Source: Alphaproteobacteria bacterium (lineage in GTDB: Bacteria > Pseudomonadota > Alphaproteobacteria > GCA-2731375). Taken from it: a DNA stretch of 64,000 nt. Location: positions 5,568,001 to 5,632,000 of the forward strand of contig CBDDPY010000002.1 of NCBI GenBank assembly GCA_965232515.1. The letters are read 5' to 3'. The notes under the pieces were generated by a model. The model saw only the letters and a list, made by a program, of their open reading frames with translations. It was not told the origin of the DNA and made no database searches. Position numbers and translations under genes: made by a program. This document shows positions 1 to 8,037 of the stretch, in pieces; positions within the stretch are counted from its first letter, which is position 1, and the number at the start of each line of letters is the position of its first letter.

Positions 1-380
1 CTGGTCAGCGTCGCGCCGACGCCCTGTGCCAGCATCCACTCCAGGACTTCGGGCGGATTGGGCGCGAACTGGATCTGCAGCAGCTTCTGCCACATCTCTT
101 CCTGCGTGCCACGCAGGTAGACAATGTCCCAGGGCTGGGCGCCCGGCACGGTCAGCAGCAGCCGGCGGAACGCCAGCAGCTCGTTCAGCGTGCCGACGAT
201 ATCGGCGCCATGGCCTAGATAGTTGCCCAGATAGACCACCCGGTCGCCGCGTTCGAGACGGTCCTGCAACGCCCCGTGCAGGTCCGCCAGGCGCTCGGTG
301 ACGCCATGGATGGCGGCCACTGTCCAGATCCGCTTGGGCCGCTCCAGCACGGCGTAGACCTCGGTTCCGGTATCGGGCAT
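1..380 (-). CDS. Calcineurin-like (PPP/metallophosphoesterase-fold) protein with degenerate motifs; runs off the window edge
   Basis: Not in ORF track. Manual translation from ATG at 380: MPDTGTEVYAVLERPKRIWTVAAIHG...DRVVYLGNYLGHG...IVYLRGTQEEMW; spacing matches PPP motifs GDIHG / GDYVDRG / LRGNHE. Confidence 0.75.
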   Translation of the reverse strand, partial: MPDTGTEVYAVLERPKRIWTVAAIHGVTERLADLHGALQDRLERGDRVVYLGNYLGHGADIVGTLNELLAFRRLLLTVPGAQPWDIVYLRGTQEEMWQKLLQIQFAPNPPEVLEWMLAQGVGATLT

Positions 381-404
381 CGCGCTCTATCTGCGGCGGG
401 GGTC

Positions 405-442
405 GAAACGAAAGCGGCCCGGCAACGTCTGCGCCGGGCCGC
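405..442 (-). terminator. Probable intrinsic terminator downstream of carD
   Basis: 10-bp stem GCGGCCCGGC (414-423) / GCCGGGCCGC (433-442) followed on the minus strand by TTTCGTTTC. Confidence 0.45.
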
Positions 443-466
443 GTTTCATGTCTTTATCCGCTGCGG

Positions 467-985
467 TCAGGCGGCGGCAAGCATCTTTTCCAGGCGGTCG
501 GTGGCCTGGTCTTCGTCGAGGCCTTCGACGGCCGCCAATTCCCGCACCAGGCGGTCCAGCGCGGCCTCGTAGATCTGGCGCTCCGAATAGGACTGCTCGG
601 GCTGGCCGGCGGCGCGGTGCAGGTCGCGCACGACCTCGGCGATCGACACGGGATCGCCGGAATTGATCTTCGCCTCGTATTCCTGCGCCCGGCGGCTCCA
701 CATGGTGCGTTTAACCCGGGCCCGGCCCTTCAGCGTGGTCAGCGCCGACTTCATCTTGTCGGGCGAGCTGAGCCGGCGCATGCCGGTCGTCGGCGCTTTC
801 GCCACGGGCACGCGCACCGTCATCTTTTCCTTATCGAATTCGATAACGAAAAGTTCCAGGTCCATGCCGGCGATGTTCTGTTTTTCGATGTCGGTGATCT
901 TGCCGACACCGTGGGTCGGATACACAACGAAATCGTTGACGGAGAAGGGGAGCTTCTTGCTGCTCGACTTTTTTGCTTTGGCCAT
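467..985 (-). CDS. carD: CarD/CdnL family RNA polymerase-binding transcription factor
   Basis: FVVYPTHGVG N-terminal motif, RTMWSRRAQEYEAKINSGD, QSYSERQIYEAA; next to fdxA. Confidence 0.95.
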   Translation of the reverse strand: MAKAKKSSSKKLPFSVNDFVVYPTHGVGKITDIEKQNIAGMDLELFVIEFDKEKMTVRVPVAKAPTTGMRRLSSPDKMKSALTTLKGRARVKRTMWSRRAQEYEAKINSGDPVSIAEVVRDLHRAAGQPEQSYSERQIYEAALDRLVRELAAVEGLDEDQATDRLEKMLAAA

Positions 986-1375
986 GTTCCTCGCTCACTA
1001 AGCGTCGCGGTTATCTTTGTCGGCGGCCAATCGCCGCTTGCTGCGCACCGCCCCTGCGCCACAAGAATGGCATGTTCGACATTCGCGCGATCCCGTCGAA
1101 ACGCCGGACGCCCCGCAGGCGCCGGTTGTGAGCCGCGCGATTCAAGGCCACTCGCCAAGATTTGTTACGTTATGTGACACTATCATAAAAATGCGGCGAA
1201 ATAAAGGTTCGCACACGAACGATTGCCGCAATACGCTACTATTTCGAGTATTCCTGCCTTTGCTTGCCCGCGATAACGAATTTGATCCGTTTTCCCGACA
1301 ATGCGGCGATCAAACAGCGCCCGTTGCCTGCCGGTTCAAGATCCGTTCGAGGTCGAGGGACGCCTCTTCCGCAGG

Positions 1376-1714
1376 TCAGCTGCCCTGCCCGGGATTGGCG
1401 CTGAAATGCTTCTCGAACTTGTCGCCGACATCCTTCCATTCGTCGGAATCGGCCGGCGACTCGCCCTTGCGCGTGATGTTCGGCCATTTCTCGGAGTATT
1501 CGCGGTTGACCTCAAGCCATTTCTCGGTGCCGTCCTCGGTGTCGGGCAGGATGGCCTCGATCGGGCATTCCGGCTCGCAGACGCCGCAGTCGATGCATTC
1601 GTCCGGGTGGATAACCAGCATGTTTTCGCCTTCGTAGAAGCAGTCCACCGGACAGACCTCCACGCAGTCCATGTACTTGCACTTGATGCACCCTTCGGTC
1701 ACCACATACGGCAT
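1376..1714 (-). CDS. fdxA: 7Fe dicluster ferredoxin FdxA
   Basis: [21 protein letters not shown]...[13 protein letters not shown]. Confidence 0.95.
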   Translation of the reverse strand: MPYVVTEGCIKCKYMDCVEVCPVDCFYEGENMLVIHPDECIDCGVCEPECPIEAILPDTEDGTEKWLEVNREYSEKWPNITRKGESPADSDEWKDVGDKFEKHFSANPGQGS

Positions 1715-1755
1715 TCGCGAACTCCTGATCCGCTGTTTTTTGTTTACGCCGACGC

Positions 1756-2262
1756 CTAGTCCGCGCCTGTCGCCTCGTCGATGCCGAGGCGCGCCATCGC
1801 CCGCTTGCGCGCGTCGCCCCGCTCCCGGTCGGTCACATAAATAAGCCCCGCGACGCGGCGAAGCAAGTTGGCCTCATAGTCGTGCAGCACGCCGTCGGCA
1901 TAGACCACTTCCCACAGCATTTCGATCACCTCGATGCGCTCGTCATGGTCGAAATGCTGCTTCACGGCGCTGGTAAACCTCAAGAGCTGGGTGCTCTCGG
2001 CGCTGGCCCGCGTCGCTTCCTCGATCAGGTCGTCGGCCTCGGCCGCGCTCAGGCCGAACCGCCGCATGGCCACGTCCTGGATTACGTTGCGCTCGGCCTC
2101 GTCAAGCTGCCCGTCCATGGTTGCCGCGACAGCCATCAGCGTTGCCGCGGCGAGCTGCTTCTCGTCGCGACTATGGCTCGCGTCGGCCGTCTCCTTGGCG
2201 CCGCCGTCGCGCAGAAATGCCTTGATCCGATTGATCATGCCGCTGCCTACCACGCCCGACAA
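1756..2262 (-). CDS. TerB family (tellurite-resistance-like) protein
   Basis: [40 protein letters not shown]; start may be ATG at 2238. Confidence 0.85.
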   Translation of the reverse strand: MSGVVGSGMINRIKAFLRDGGAKETADASHSRDEKQLAAATLMAVAATMDGQLDEAERNVIQDVAMRRFGLSAAEADDLIEEATRASAESTQLLRFTSAVKQHFDHDERIEVIEMLWEVVYADGVLHDYEANLLRRVAGLIYVTDRERGDARKRAMARLGIDEATGAD

Positions 2263-2329
2263 ACACGTTCAACCGGACGTGCGGTAGGGCTATTTGGGTG
2301 GCTTTTGGCCTAGGCTGAAAATGATCGAA

Positions 2330-2369
2330 CCTCACCCTGAGGAGCGGCGCAGCCGCGTCTCGAAGGGTG
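2330..2369 (+). repeat. Palindromic REP-like repeat, family A copy 1
   Basis: CCTCACCCTGAGGAGCGGCGCAGCCGCGTCTCGAAGGGTG; 39/40 identical to 2791-2830. Confidence 0.9.
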
Positions 2370-2396
2370 CCGGCGAGGCATTCGCAGAGAAGAGAA

Positions 2397-2738
2397 ATGA
2401 CAGCTTATGTCTACATCCTTCGCTGCGCCGACGGCAGCTACTATGTCGGCACGACGCGAGGTAGCCTCGAGCGTCGAATTGCCGAGCACAATGCAGGATC
2501 ATTTGGCGGTTACACGAAGCGTCGGCGACCAGTCGAACTCGTCTACCAGCAGGATTTCGAGCGAATAGCCGATGCAATCAGCGCTGAACGGCAGCTGAAG
2601 GGCTGGCGTCGCGCCAAGAAAGAAGCCCTGATCCGTGGTGACTTCGATACGCTAAAGCAACTGTCGAAGCGGCAAACAAGCGGCACGCCGCCCTTCGAGA
2701 CGCCGCCTGCGGCGGCTCCTCAGGACGAGGGAGACTAG
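2397..2738 (+). CDS. Stand-alone GIY-YIG nuclease (UPF0213/YhbQ-like)
   Basis: YVYILRCADGSYYVGTT..LERRIAEHN...YTKRRRPVELVY...AERQLKGWRRAKKEALI. Confidence 0.9.
   Translation: MTAYVYILRCADGSYYVGTTRGSLERRIAEHNAGSFGGYTKRRRPVELVYQQDFERIADAISAERQLKGWRRAKKEALIRGDFDTLKQLSKRQTSGTPPFETPPAAAPQDEGD
2688..2730 (-). repeat. Palindromic REP-like repeat, family A copy 2 (inverted, inside the 3' end of the GIY-YIG CDS)
   Basis: Reverse complement reads CCTCGTCCTGAGGAGCCGCCGCAGGCGGCGTCTCGAAGGGCGG. Confidence 0.85.
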
Positions 2739-2790
2739 GGGGATCACCGTTCCAATATGCTCTCTCGCACCAATCCGCCATAAAGCCGAG

Positions 2791-2830
2791 CCTCACCCTG
2801 AGGAGCGGCGTAGCCGCGTCTCGAAGGGTG
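2791..2830 (+). repeat. Palindromic REP-like repeat, family A copy 3
   Basis: CCTCACCCTGAGGAGCGGCGTAGCCGCGTCTCGAAGGGTG. Confidence 0.9.
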
Positions 2831-2860
2831 ATGACGAGCTATGCGCCGCAGTGCCCAACC

Positions 2861-3730
2861 TCACTCGTCCAGCGTCGAGCCGGCGCCGCGGACGCGGGTC
2901 TGGCGCATGTAGCGGCGGTGCTTGTCGGCGTCGTAGCCGGCGCCGCGGTGCAGCAGGCAGCGGTTGTCCCAGATCACCAGGTCGCCCGGCCGCCAGGGAT
3001 GCGTATAGATGTGCTCGGGCCCGGTCGCCCGGTCCAGCAGATCGTCCAGCAGCGCCCGGCTTTCGGCCTCGTCCCAACCCTCCACCTGCCTGGCGTGCGA
3101 GCCGACATAGTAGTTCTTCGCGCCCGTCCGCGCATTGGCCCGGACCAGCTTCTGCCGCACCGGCGGCAGCGACGCCGCGTGCGAGGGCGAGACCGCGTCG
3201 GGCCCGACCTTCGAGCGCGAGAAGACATAGTCGTGCACGACGATCAGCGGATCGATGGTCGCGCGGATCTCGTTGGGCAGCCGCGCATAGGCCGTCCGGC
3301 CGCTGACGAACAGCGTCTCGCCGCCCTCCGATGGCGTTTCGTAGGCGCACATGATCGAGACGAAGGACGGCGTCTCCCGGAACGAGGAGTCCGAGTGCCA
3401 CATATAATTGCCGGTCAGAAACTTGGTGTGCTTGTCGGCGTTGCCACGGGCGGTGCCATCGCCGCGCACGTTGCCGATGGTGCCGAAATACTCGATCCGT
3501 CCCTCGCGCCCCAGCGAGACATGGTTCTCCTCCGGCTCGCCCAGCGCGCGCGTGAACGCGAGCTGCAGGTCGTCGTCGAACGGCTGCTCGGGAAACCAGA
3601 GAAACGAATATTCGTCGATGGCCTGACGGATTTCCTCGACCACCTCGTCGGCCAGCGGCGGCCGCAGGTCAACCCCCGTCATGCGTGCCCCGAACTCGGC
3701 ATGCAGCGGCTCGATATTGAAATGCGCCAT
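2861..3730 (-). CDS. TauD/TfdA family Fe(II)/2-oxoglutarate dioxygenase
   Basis: WHSDSSF (HxD), GGETLF, WRPGDLVIWDNRCLLHR; start trimmed to MAHFNIEPL. Confidence 0.9.
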   Translation of the reverse strand: MAHFNIEPLHAEFGARMTGVDLRPPLADEVVEEIRQAIDEYSFLWFPEQPFDDDLQLAFTRALGEPEENHVSLGREGRIEYFGTIGNVRGDGTARGNADKHTKFLTGNYMWHSDSSFRETPSFVSIMCAYETPSEGGETLFVSGRTAYARLPNEIRATIDPLIVVHDYVFSRSKVGPDAVSPSHAASLPPVRQKLVRANARTGAKNYYVGSHARQVEGWDEAESRALLDDLLDRATGPEHIYTHPWRPGDLVIWDNRCLLHRGAGYDADKHRRYMRQTRVRGAGSTLDE

Positions 3731-3875
3731 GGACCCCGCCTCTGACATTTCCAGCTGACGTGATTCAAGCACCAACGCGGCCCGGAACCAAGCCCGCCCG
3801 TCGGTCTGGCGGCGCGCCACCGGATCGGATATCTATGCGCATTCTCTTCACCACGCGTCGGAACGGCCGGAACCG

Positions 3876-4385
3876 ATGATACCGAGAGCGACGGAACGGC
3901 TGCGTTTCCGGGAGATGCGGCCCGTCGACGTCGACGATCTCTACACGATGTTTGCGGACGCCGCCGCGCGCCGGTTCTATCCGCGCATGCGCGACGTCAC
4001 GCACGTGCGCGGCTGGATCGACTGGAACCTGCAGAACTATCAACGCCACGGCTTCGGTCTCTGGGCGCTGCACCGCATCGATACCGGCGTCTTCGTTGGC
4101 GATTGCGGCCTGACCTTTCAGCCGGTGGAGGGCGCGGACGCGCTCGAGATCGGCTATCACGTCACCGCGGCCGAGCGCGGCAAGGGCTTCGCGGTCGAGG
4201 CGGCGACGGCGGTGCTGGCGCACGGCTTCGGCGTCACCGACGCCGACCGCATCTGCTCGATTGTCGCGCCGGACAATGCCGCGTCGATCCGCGTCGCGTC
4301 GCGCGTGCACGCATCGCGGCGCCGCTTCACGAACGCCGAAGGCGACGAGCGGCTGCTGTTCCATACCGAGCGCTCGTCGCTTTGA
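3876..4385 (+). CDS. GNAT N-acetyltransferase (RimJ/RimL-like)
   Basis: TERLRFR, GFGLWAL, EIGYHV...RGKGFAVEAA, DNAASIRVA. Confidence 0.9.
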   Translation: MIPRATERLRFREMRPVDVDDLYTMFADAAARRFYPRMRDVTHVRGWIDWNLQNYQRHGFGLWALHRIDTGVFVGDCGLTFQPVEGADALEIGYHVTAAERGKGFAVEAATAVLAHGFGVTDADRICSIVAPDNAASIRVASRVHASRRRFTNAEGDERLLFHTERSSL

Positions 4386-4425
4386 TGCCCGCACGCCGTC
4401 AACGTGCGTAATCGCGCGATGACGG

Positions 4426-4455
4426 GAATGTCAATGAAGTGTCACTGGAATGTCG
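4426..4455 (+). promoter_or_regulatory. Triple direct repeat with 11-bp period; putative OmpR/PhoB-family binding site
   Basis: TGTCA at 4429, TGTCA at 4440, TGTCG at 4451. Confidence 0.45.
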
Positions 4456-4506
4456 GCGCGCGCGGTGCTTCGTTCCCTTTACTAAATGCTTTCGGAGGAC
4501 ACCGAC

Positions 4507-5280
4507 GTGAAACGACGGCGTTTTTTACAGGCAGGCGCGGCATTGCTGACCTGCCCGATTTGCACAGGACTGGCCGGGCGGGCCGCGTGGGCGGCGGGCG
4601 ATAAGCCGCATTGGTCGTACCACGGTGCGACCGGGCCCGACGCCTGGGGCACGCTGGATCCGGCCTATGGCGCTTGCGGCGCCGGCACGCAGCAATCGCC
4701 GATCGATCTCGCCGGCGCCGTGAAGGCGGATTTGCCGCCGATTGCCGTTCAGTGGAAGCCGGTCAAGCTCGACGCGGTCGTCAACAACGGCCACACTATT
4801 CAGGTCAACACGGCCACCGGCGGCCACATGGTACTCGACGGGGCGCGGTACGACCTGCTGCAGTTCCACTTCCACCACATGAGCGAGCACACCCTCGACG
4901 GCAGGCAGTTCCCGCTCGAGGTGCACTTCGTGCACAAGGCGACCGGCGGCAACGGGCTTGCGGTGATCGGCGTGTTCTTCGCCGAGGGCGCCGAGAACGC
5001 GACGCTGGCGCCGATCTGGCAGGCCATGCCCGAGCGCGAGGGCGAGGCGTCGAGTAGCGCTACGGTGGATCCGGCGACACTTCTGCCGGCCTCGCGCACG
5101 GCCTTTCGTTATGCCGGCTCGCTGACGACGCCGCCCTGTTCCGAGATCGTCAATTGGACCGTCTTCGGCGAGCCGCTATCGGCGTCCTCGGGCCAGATCG
5201 CTGCCTTCGCCAAGATGTTCCCGAACAACTTCCGCCCGGTGCAGCCGCGCAACCGCCGCTTCCTGCTGTCCTCGGGCTGA
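4507..5280 (+). CDS. Periplasmic alpha-class carbonic anhydrase with Tat-like signal
   Basis: HWSY, QQSPID, NNGHTIQ, QFHFH..SEH, EVHFVH, YAGSLTTPPCSE, NNFRPVQP; N-terminal KRRRFL; GGAGG upstream of GTG. Confidence 0.93.
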   Translation: MKRRRFLQAGAALLTCPICTGLAGRAAWAAGDKPHWSYHGATGPDAWGTLDPAYGACGAGTQQSPIDLAGAVKADLPPIAVQWKPVKLDAVVNNGHTIQVNTATGGHMVLDGARYDLLQFHFHHMSEHTLDGRQFPLEVHFVHKATGGNGLAVIGVFFAEGAENATLAPIWQAMPEREGEASSSATVDPATLLPASRTAFRYAGSLTTPPCSEIVNWTVFGEPLSASSGQIAAFAKMFPNNFRPVQPRNRRFLLSSG

Positions 5281-5312
5281 CGGCAGCGTTCGGTGCCGGG
5301 CGCTTGCGGGCC

Positions 5313-5783
5313 TTACTCGATGCGGACCTGGCCCTGCATGCCGAAGACGTCGTGCAGGGGAACCGAGCATTCGAACGCGTATGTCCCTTTGACGATCGGC
5401 ACGAAATAGAGCTGCTTCGACTGCCCGGCGGGCACCGCGATCGTCTCCGGATAGGGGTTGGCGATCTCGCCGTCGGCGGAGACCAGCCTTTGCGCGGCGA
5501 TCGCCTTGAAGAACGCCTCGGAGCGGAACGTGTGGGGCCGGTCGCCGTCGTTCCTCAGCGTGAGACGTGTCGGAACGCCGGCTCGGAAGACCGGGGCGTC
5601 GGGCGCGAAGCTGAACTCCGATAAGGTCAGGGTAACGTCCTCGGTCGCCGACCAGTCCGCTGCGGCGACGCGCGCTGCGGCGTCCGGCAGATATCCCGCC
5701 GGCGGTTCGCGCGACACGATGTCGCCGCGCGCGCAAGCGATCAATGCGAGGGGCAGAACCAGGCTGAGAATGCGCATTCGCAT
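5313..5783 (-). CDS. Cupredoxin-domain lipoprotein
   Basis: Lipobox-like LALIAC; type-1 Cu ligands H(RPHTF)...C-S-V-P-L-H-D-V-F-G-M. Confidence 0.8.
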   Translation of the reverse strand: MRMRILSLVLPLALIACARGDIVSREPPAGYLPDAAARVAAADWSATEDVTLTLSEFSFAPDAPVFRAGVPTRLTLRNDGDRPHTFRSEAFFKAIAAQRLVSADGEIANPYPETIAVPAGQSKQLYFVPIVKGTYAFECSVPLHDVFGMQGQVRIE

Positions 5784-5800
5784 CGGATCTTGATCCGTTG

Positions 5801-6106
5801 CTATTCCTCGGGCTCGGTGGTGAACGAGAGTGGGTGGCCGGCGCGGCGGCCGGCGTCGGTGGCTTCCGTCGCCTTGGTCTCGGCCACATCGCGGGTATAG
5901 ACGGCGACGACGCAGGCGCCGCGCCGGTGCGCCGTCATCATCACCTTGTAGGACTGCTCCTCGCTCATGCCGAAGAACGCCTTCAGCACCACGACGACGA
6001 ACTCGCGCGGCGTGAAGTCGTCGTTCAGCAGGATGACCTTGTGCAGAGGCGGCCGCTTGGTCTTCGGCTTGACCTTGGTCTTCGGCTTGGTGACGAGGTC
6101 GCTCAT
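5801..6106 (-). CDS. clpS: Clp protease N-degron adaptor, ClpS2-type paralog
   Basis: RPPLHKVILLNDDFTPREFVV...VMMTAH...DVAETKA...PLSFTTEPEE. Confidence 0.92.
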   Translation of the reverse strand: MSDLVTKPKTKVKPKTKRPPLHKVILLNDDFTPREFVVVVLKAFFGMSEEQSYKVMMTAHRRGACVVAVYTRDVAETKATEATDAGRRAGHPLSFTTEPEE

Positions 6107-6150
6107 GGCACCACCCAACGCCCGGTGACGGGGCAACGGCGCAGTAGACG

Positions 6151-6789
6151 TTAGTCTCGCAAAACGCGGCGCCGGCGTCCATGCGGTGTCGGTGCGGTGG
6201 GCTCGCTCAGCAGCGTCTTCATGATCGTTGCCTTCAGCACCGCCGCTGCCCGCTTCGGTGGCCAATCGCGCTCAACCACCAACAGGCTCCAGACCTGTAC
6301 GGACGATGCGACCCAGACGTAATCGGCGGCGTCGTCGACGGTCCAGGGCGGTGCCAGTGCGCCGTCGGCCGCGACCGTTTGCAGCAATTCGCGCAGCCAG
6401 GACCTGAGCTCCGCCATGCGGTCTTCCCAGGCTGCCGATGCATCCGGGTCGGTCGCCCGCAGTCGGATCAGGTCCGTCGCCACCGGCAGGATCTTCGGCA
6501 CGAAGGCGAGCCAGGCGTCGAGGCAGGCCGCCAGCCGATCGGCGGCGGTCGGCGCGGCCATGGCGGCGAGGAAGCCCTCGCGGATCGCGAACCGCTCGTC
6601 GGCACGCTTGACCAGCGCCATCAGCAGGCCGCCCCGCGTGCCGAAATGCAAATAGACAGCTTGACGGCTGATCCCGGCCGACTTGGCGATCTCCGCCATC
6701 GACACCTCCGTGCCGCGGATGGCGATCAGATCCCAGGCGGCGTCCAGGATCTCCATTTGGGTCTTGGCGGACCGAACGTTTCTTGACAC
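6151..6789 (-). CDS. TetR/AcrR family transcriptional regulator
   Basis: ILDAAWDLI...SMAEIAKSAGISRQAVYLHFGTRGGLL; GTG start at 6789 inferred. Confidence 0.9.
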   Translation of the reverse strand: MSRNVRSAKTQMEILDAAWDLIAIRGTEVSMAEIAKSAGISRQAVYLHFGTRGGLLMALVKRADERFAIREGFLAAMAAPTAADRLAACLDAWLAFVPKILPVATDLIRLRATDPDASAAWEDRMAELRSWLRELLQTVAADGALAPPWTVDDAADYVWVASSVQVWSLLVVERDWPPKRAAAVLKATIMKTLLSEPTAPTPHGRRRRVLRD

Positions 6790-6822
6790 GTGTAAAGCGA
6801 TACCAATATTGACACGTGTCAA
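6783..6822. promoter_or_regulatory. Two TetR-type operator palindromes
   Basis: Perfect TTGACACGTGTCAA at 6809-6822 and TTGACACGTGTAAA at 6783-6796 between the divergent TetR and DUF1330-like genes. Confidence 0.75.
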
Positions 6823-6837
6823 GTTTAAGGAGCGGAC

Positions 6838-7308
6838 ATGACGAACGTCAATCTTCAGCGCGACGAACAGCTACGACAGCTCGGCGAATGGTACGGCGAC
6901 GGACAGGACGGCGCCTGTCCAACGTCGGACCAGTGGCGGCGCATCCTCGAGCGGCCGGCGGACAAGTCGATCACGTTGATCAACTTCTTCAAGCTCCGCG
7001 AAACCGCCCGTTATCCGGTCGGCGCGCAACCGGAGGCGGGCGCGATCTCGGGCGAGGACGCTTTCGGCAGGTATTCGGCCGTCAGCATGCCAACCATGCA
7101 GCGCGTGGGCGGCCGTTTCCTTTTGGTCGGTCCCTACGAAGGCATGTTCCAGGGCGAGGACGAAGACTGGGACCTGATCGCCATCGGTGCCTATCCCGAT
7201 CTGCAATCGTTTCTCGGTCTCTACACCGATCCCGACTACCGCGCCGTGTTCCACCACCGCACCGCCGCCTGCGCGCGGCAGAAGGTCGTCGTTTGCGCCG
7301 GCGGCTAG
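6838..7308 (+). CDS. DUF1330-like dimeric alpha/beta barrel protein
   Basis: ITLINFFKLRE...SGEDAFGRY...EDWDLIAIGAYP...YRAVFHHRTAA; AAGGAG RBS. Confidence 0.75.
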   Translation: MTNVNLQRDEQLRQLGEWYGDGQDGACPTSDQWRRILERPADKSITLINFFKLRETARYPVGAQPEAGAISGEDAFGRYSAVSMPTMQRVGGRFLLVGPYEGMFQGEDEDWDLIAIGAYPDLQSFLGLYTDPDYRAVFHHRTAACARQKVVVCAGG

Positions 7309-7333
7309 CCCCGCCAGGCGCTCGGCGCGCCGG

Positions 7334-7786
7334 TCAGCCGGGCGCCATGCCCTTGGCGGTCAGTTCCTCGACGGCGCTGTCGCTCTTGGCGAGGCCGTCG
7401 AGGCCCATGCCGCGCAGCACGTGCGGCGCCTTGGTGAACTGGATATTCTGATAGCCGACGATCTCGATGCGGTTGCCCCAGGGATCGAGGAAATCCAGGA
7501 ACGGGCCGGGCAGGGGCTCGACACCCATCTCGGCGAGCGCCTCTCGCACCGCCTCCTTGTCGTCGACCACCAAACCCAGATGCCGGTCGTCGTCGGGCGC
7601 CTGCCGCCGGCCTTTCGACAGCGCCAGGAACTGATCGCCAAGGTCGATGAAGGCTGACGTCGCGCTTCTGCTGCGCAGCGTGAAGTCGACAAAGCGGCCG
7701 TAGAAGTCGATCGCCTCGTCGATATCGCCGACCTCGAGCGCCACGTGATTGAAGCCGACGGCCCGGGCTTTCCTGCTGTCCGCCAT
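7334..7786 (-). CDS. VOC/glyoxalase family protein
   Basis: GFNHVALEVGDIDEAIDFY, HLGLVVDD, FLDPWGNRIEI. Confidence 0.9.
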   Translation of the reverse strand: MADSRKARAVGFNHVALEVGDIDEAIDFYGRFVDFTLRSRSATSAFIDLGDQFLALSKGRRQAPDDDRHLGLVVDDKEAVREALAEMGVEPLPGPFLDFLDPWGNRIEIVGYQNIQFTKAPHVLRGMGLDGLAKSDSAVEELTAKGMAPG

Positions 7787-7903
7787 AACTGTTCTCCTGA
7801 AGCCGGAAAAAAGCTTTGTTCGTTCGGCGCGCGAGTTCCCCCGCGCAATCGATCTATGTTCATATGTAGGTTGTAATACGATCGGCCACAAAGGCCGACT
7901 CTT

Positions 7904-7980
7904 GACCCATCCCGCTCCCCCACCCGACCACCCACGGGAGTATGCTTGATGGGTGGTCGGGTGGGGGAGCGGGATGGGTC
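7904..7980. repeat. Perfect 31-bp inverted repeat with 15-nt loop (family B)
   Basis: GACCCATCCCGCTCCCCCACCCGACCACCCA (7904-7934) is the exact reverse complement of 7950-7980. Confidence 0.9.
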
Positions 7981-8037
7981 GAGCCCAATGACCATTGGTA
8001 TGACGCGCGGCGAGTGAACCGCTGCCGAGGGGAAAGC

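Noticed and set aside
986-1375. Possible ncRNA or structured leader between fdxA and carD
   Set aside because: A 390-bp spacer with an AT-rich promoter-like patch, but no recognisable RNA family or convincing fold by eye
2330-2830. CRISPR array
   Set aside because: Only three repeats in mixed orientation with unequal spacing, one inside a CDS; no cas genes
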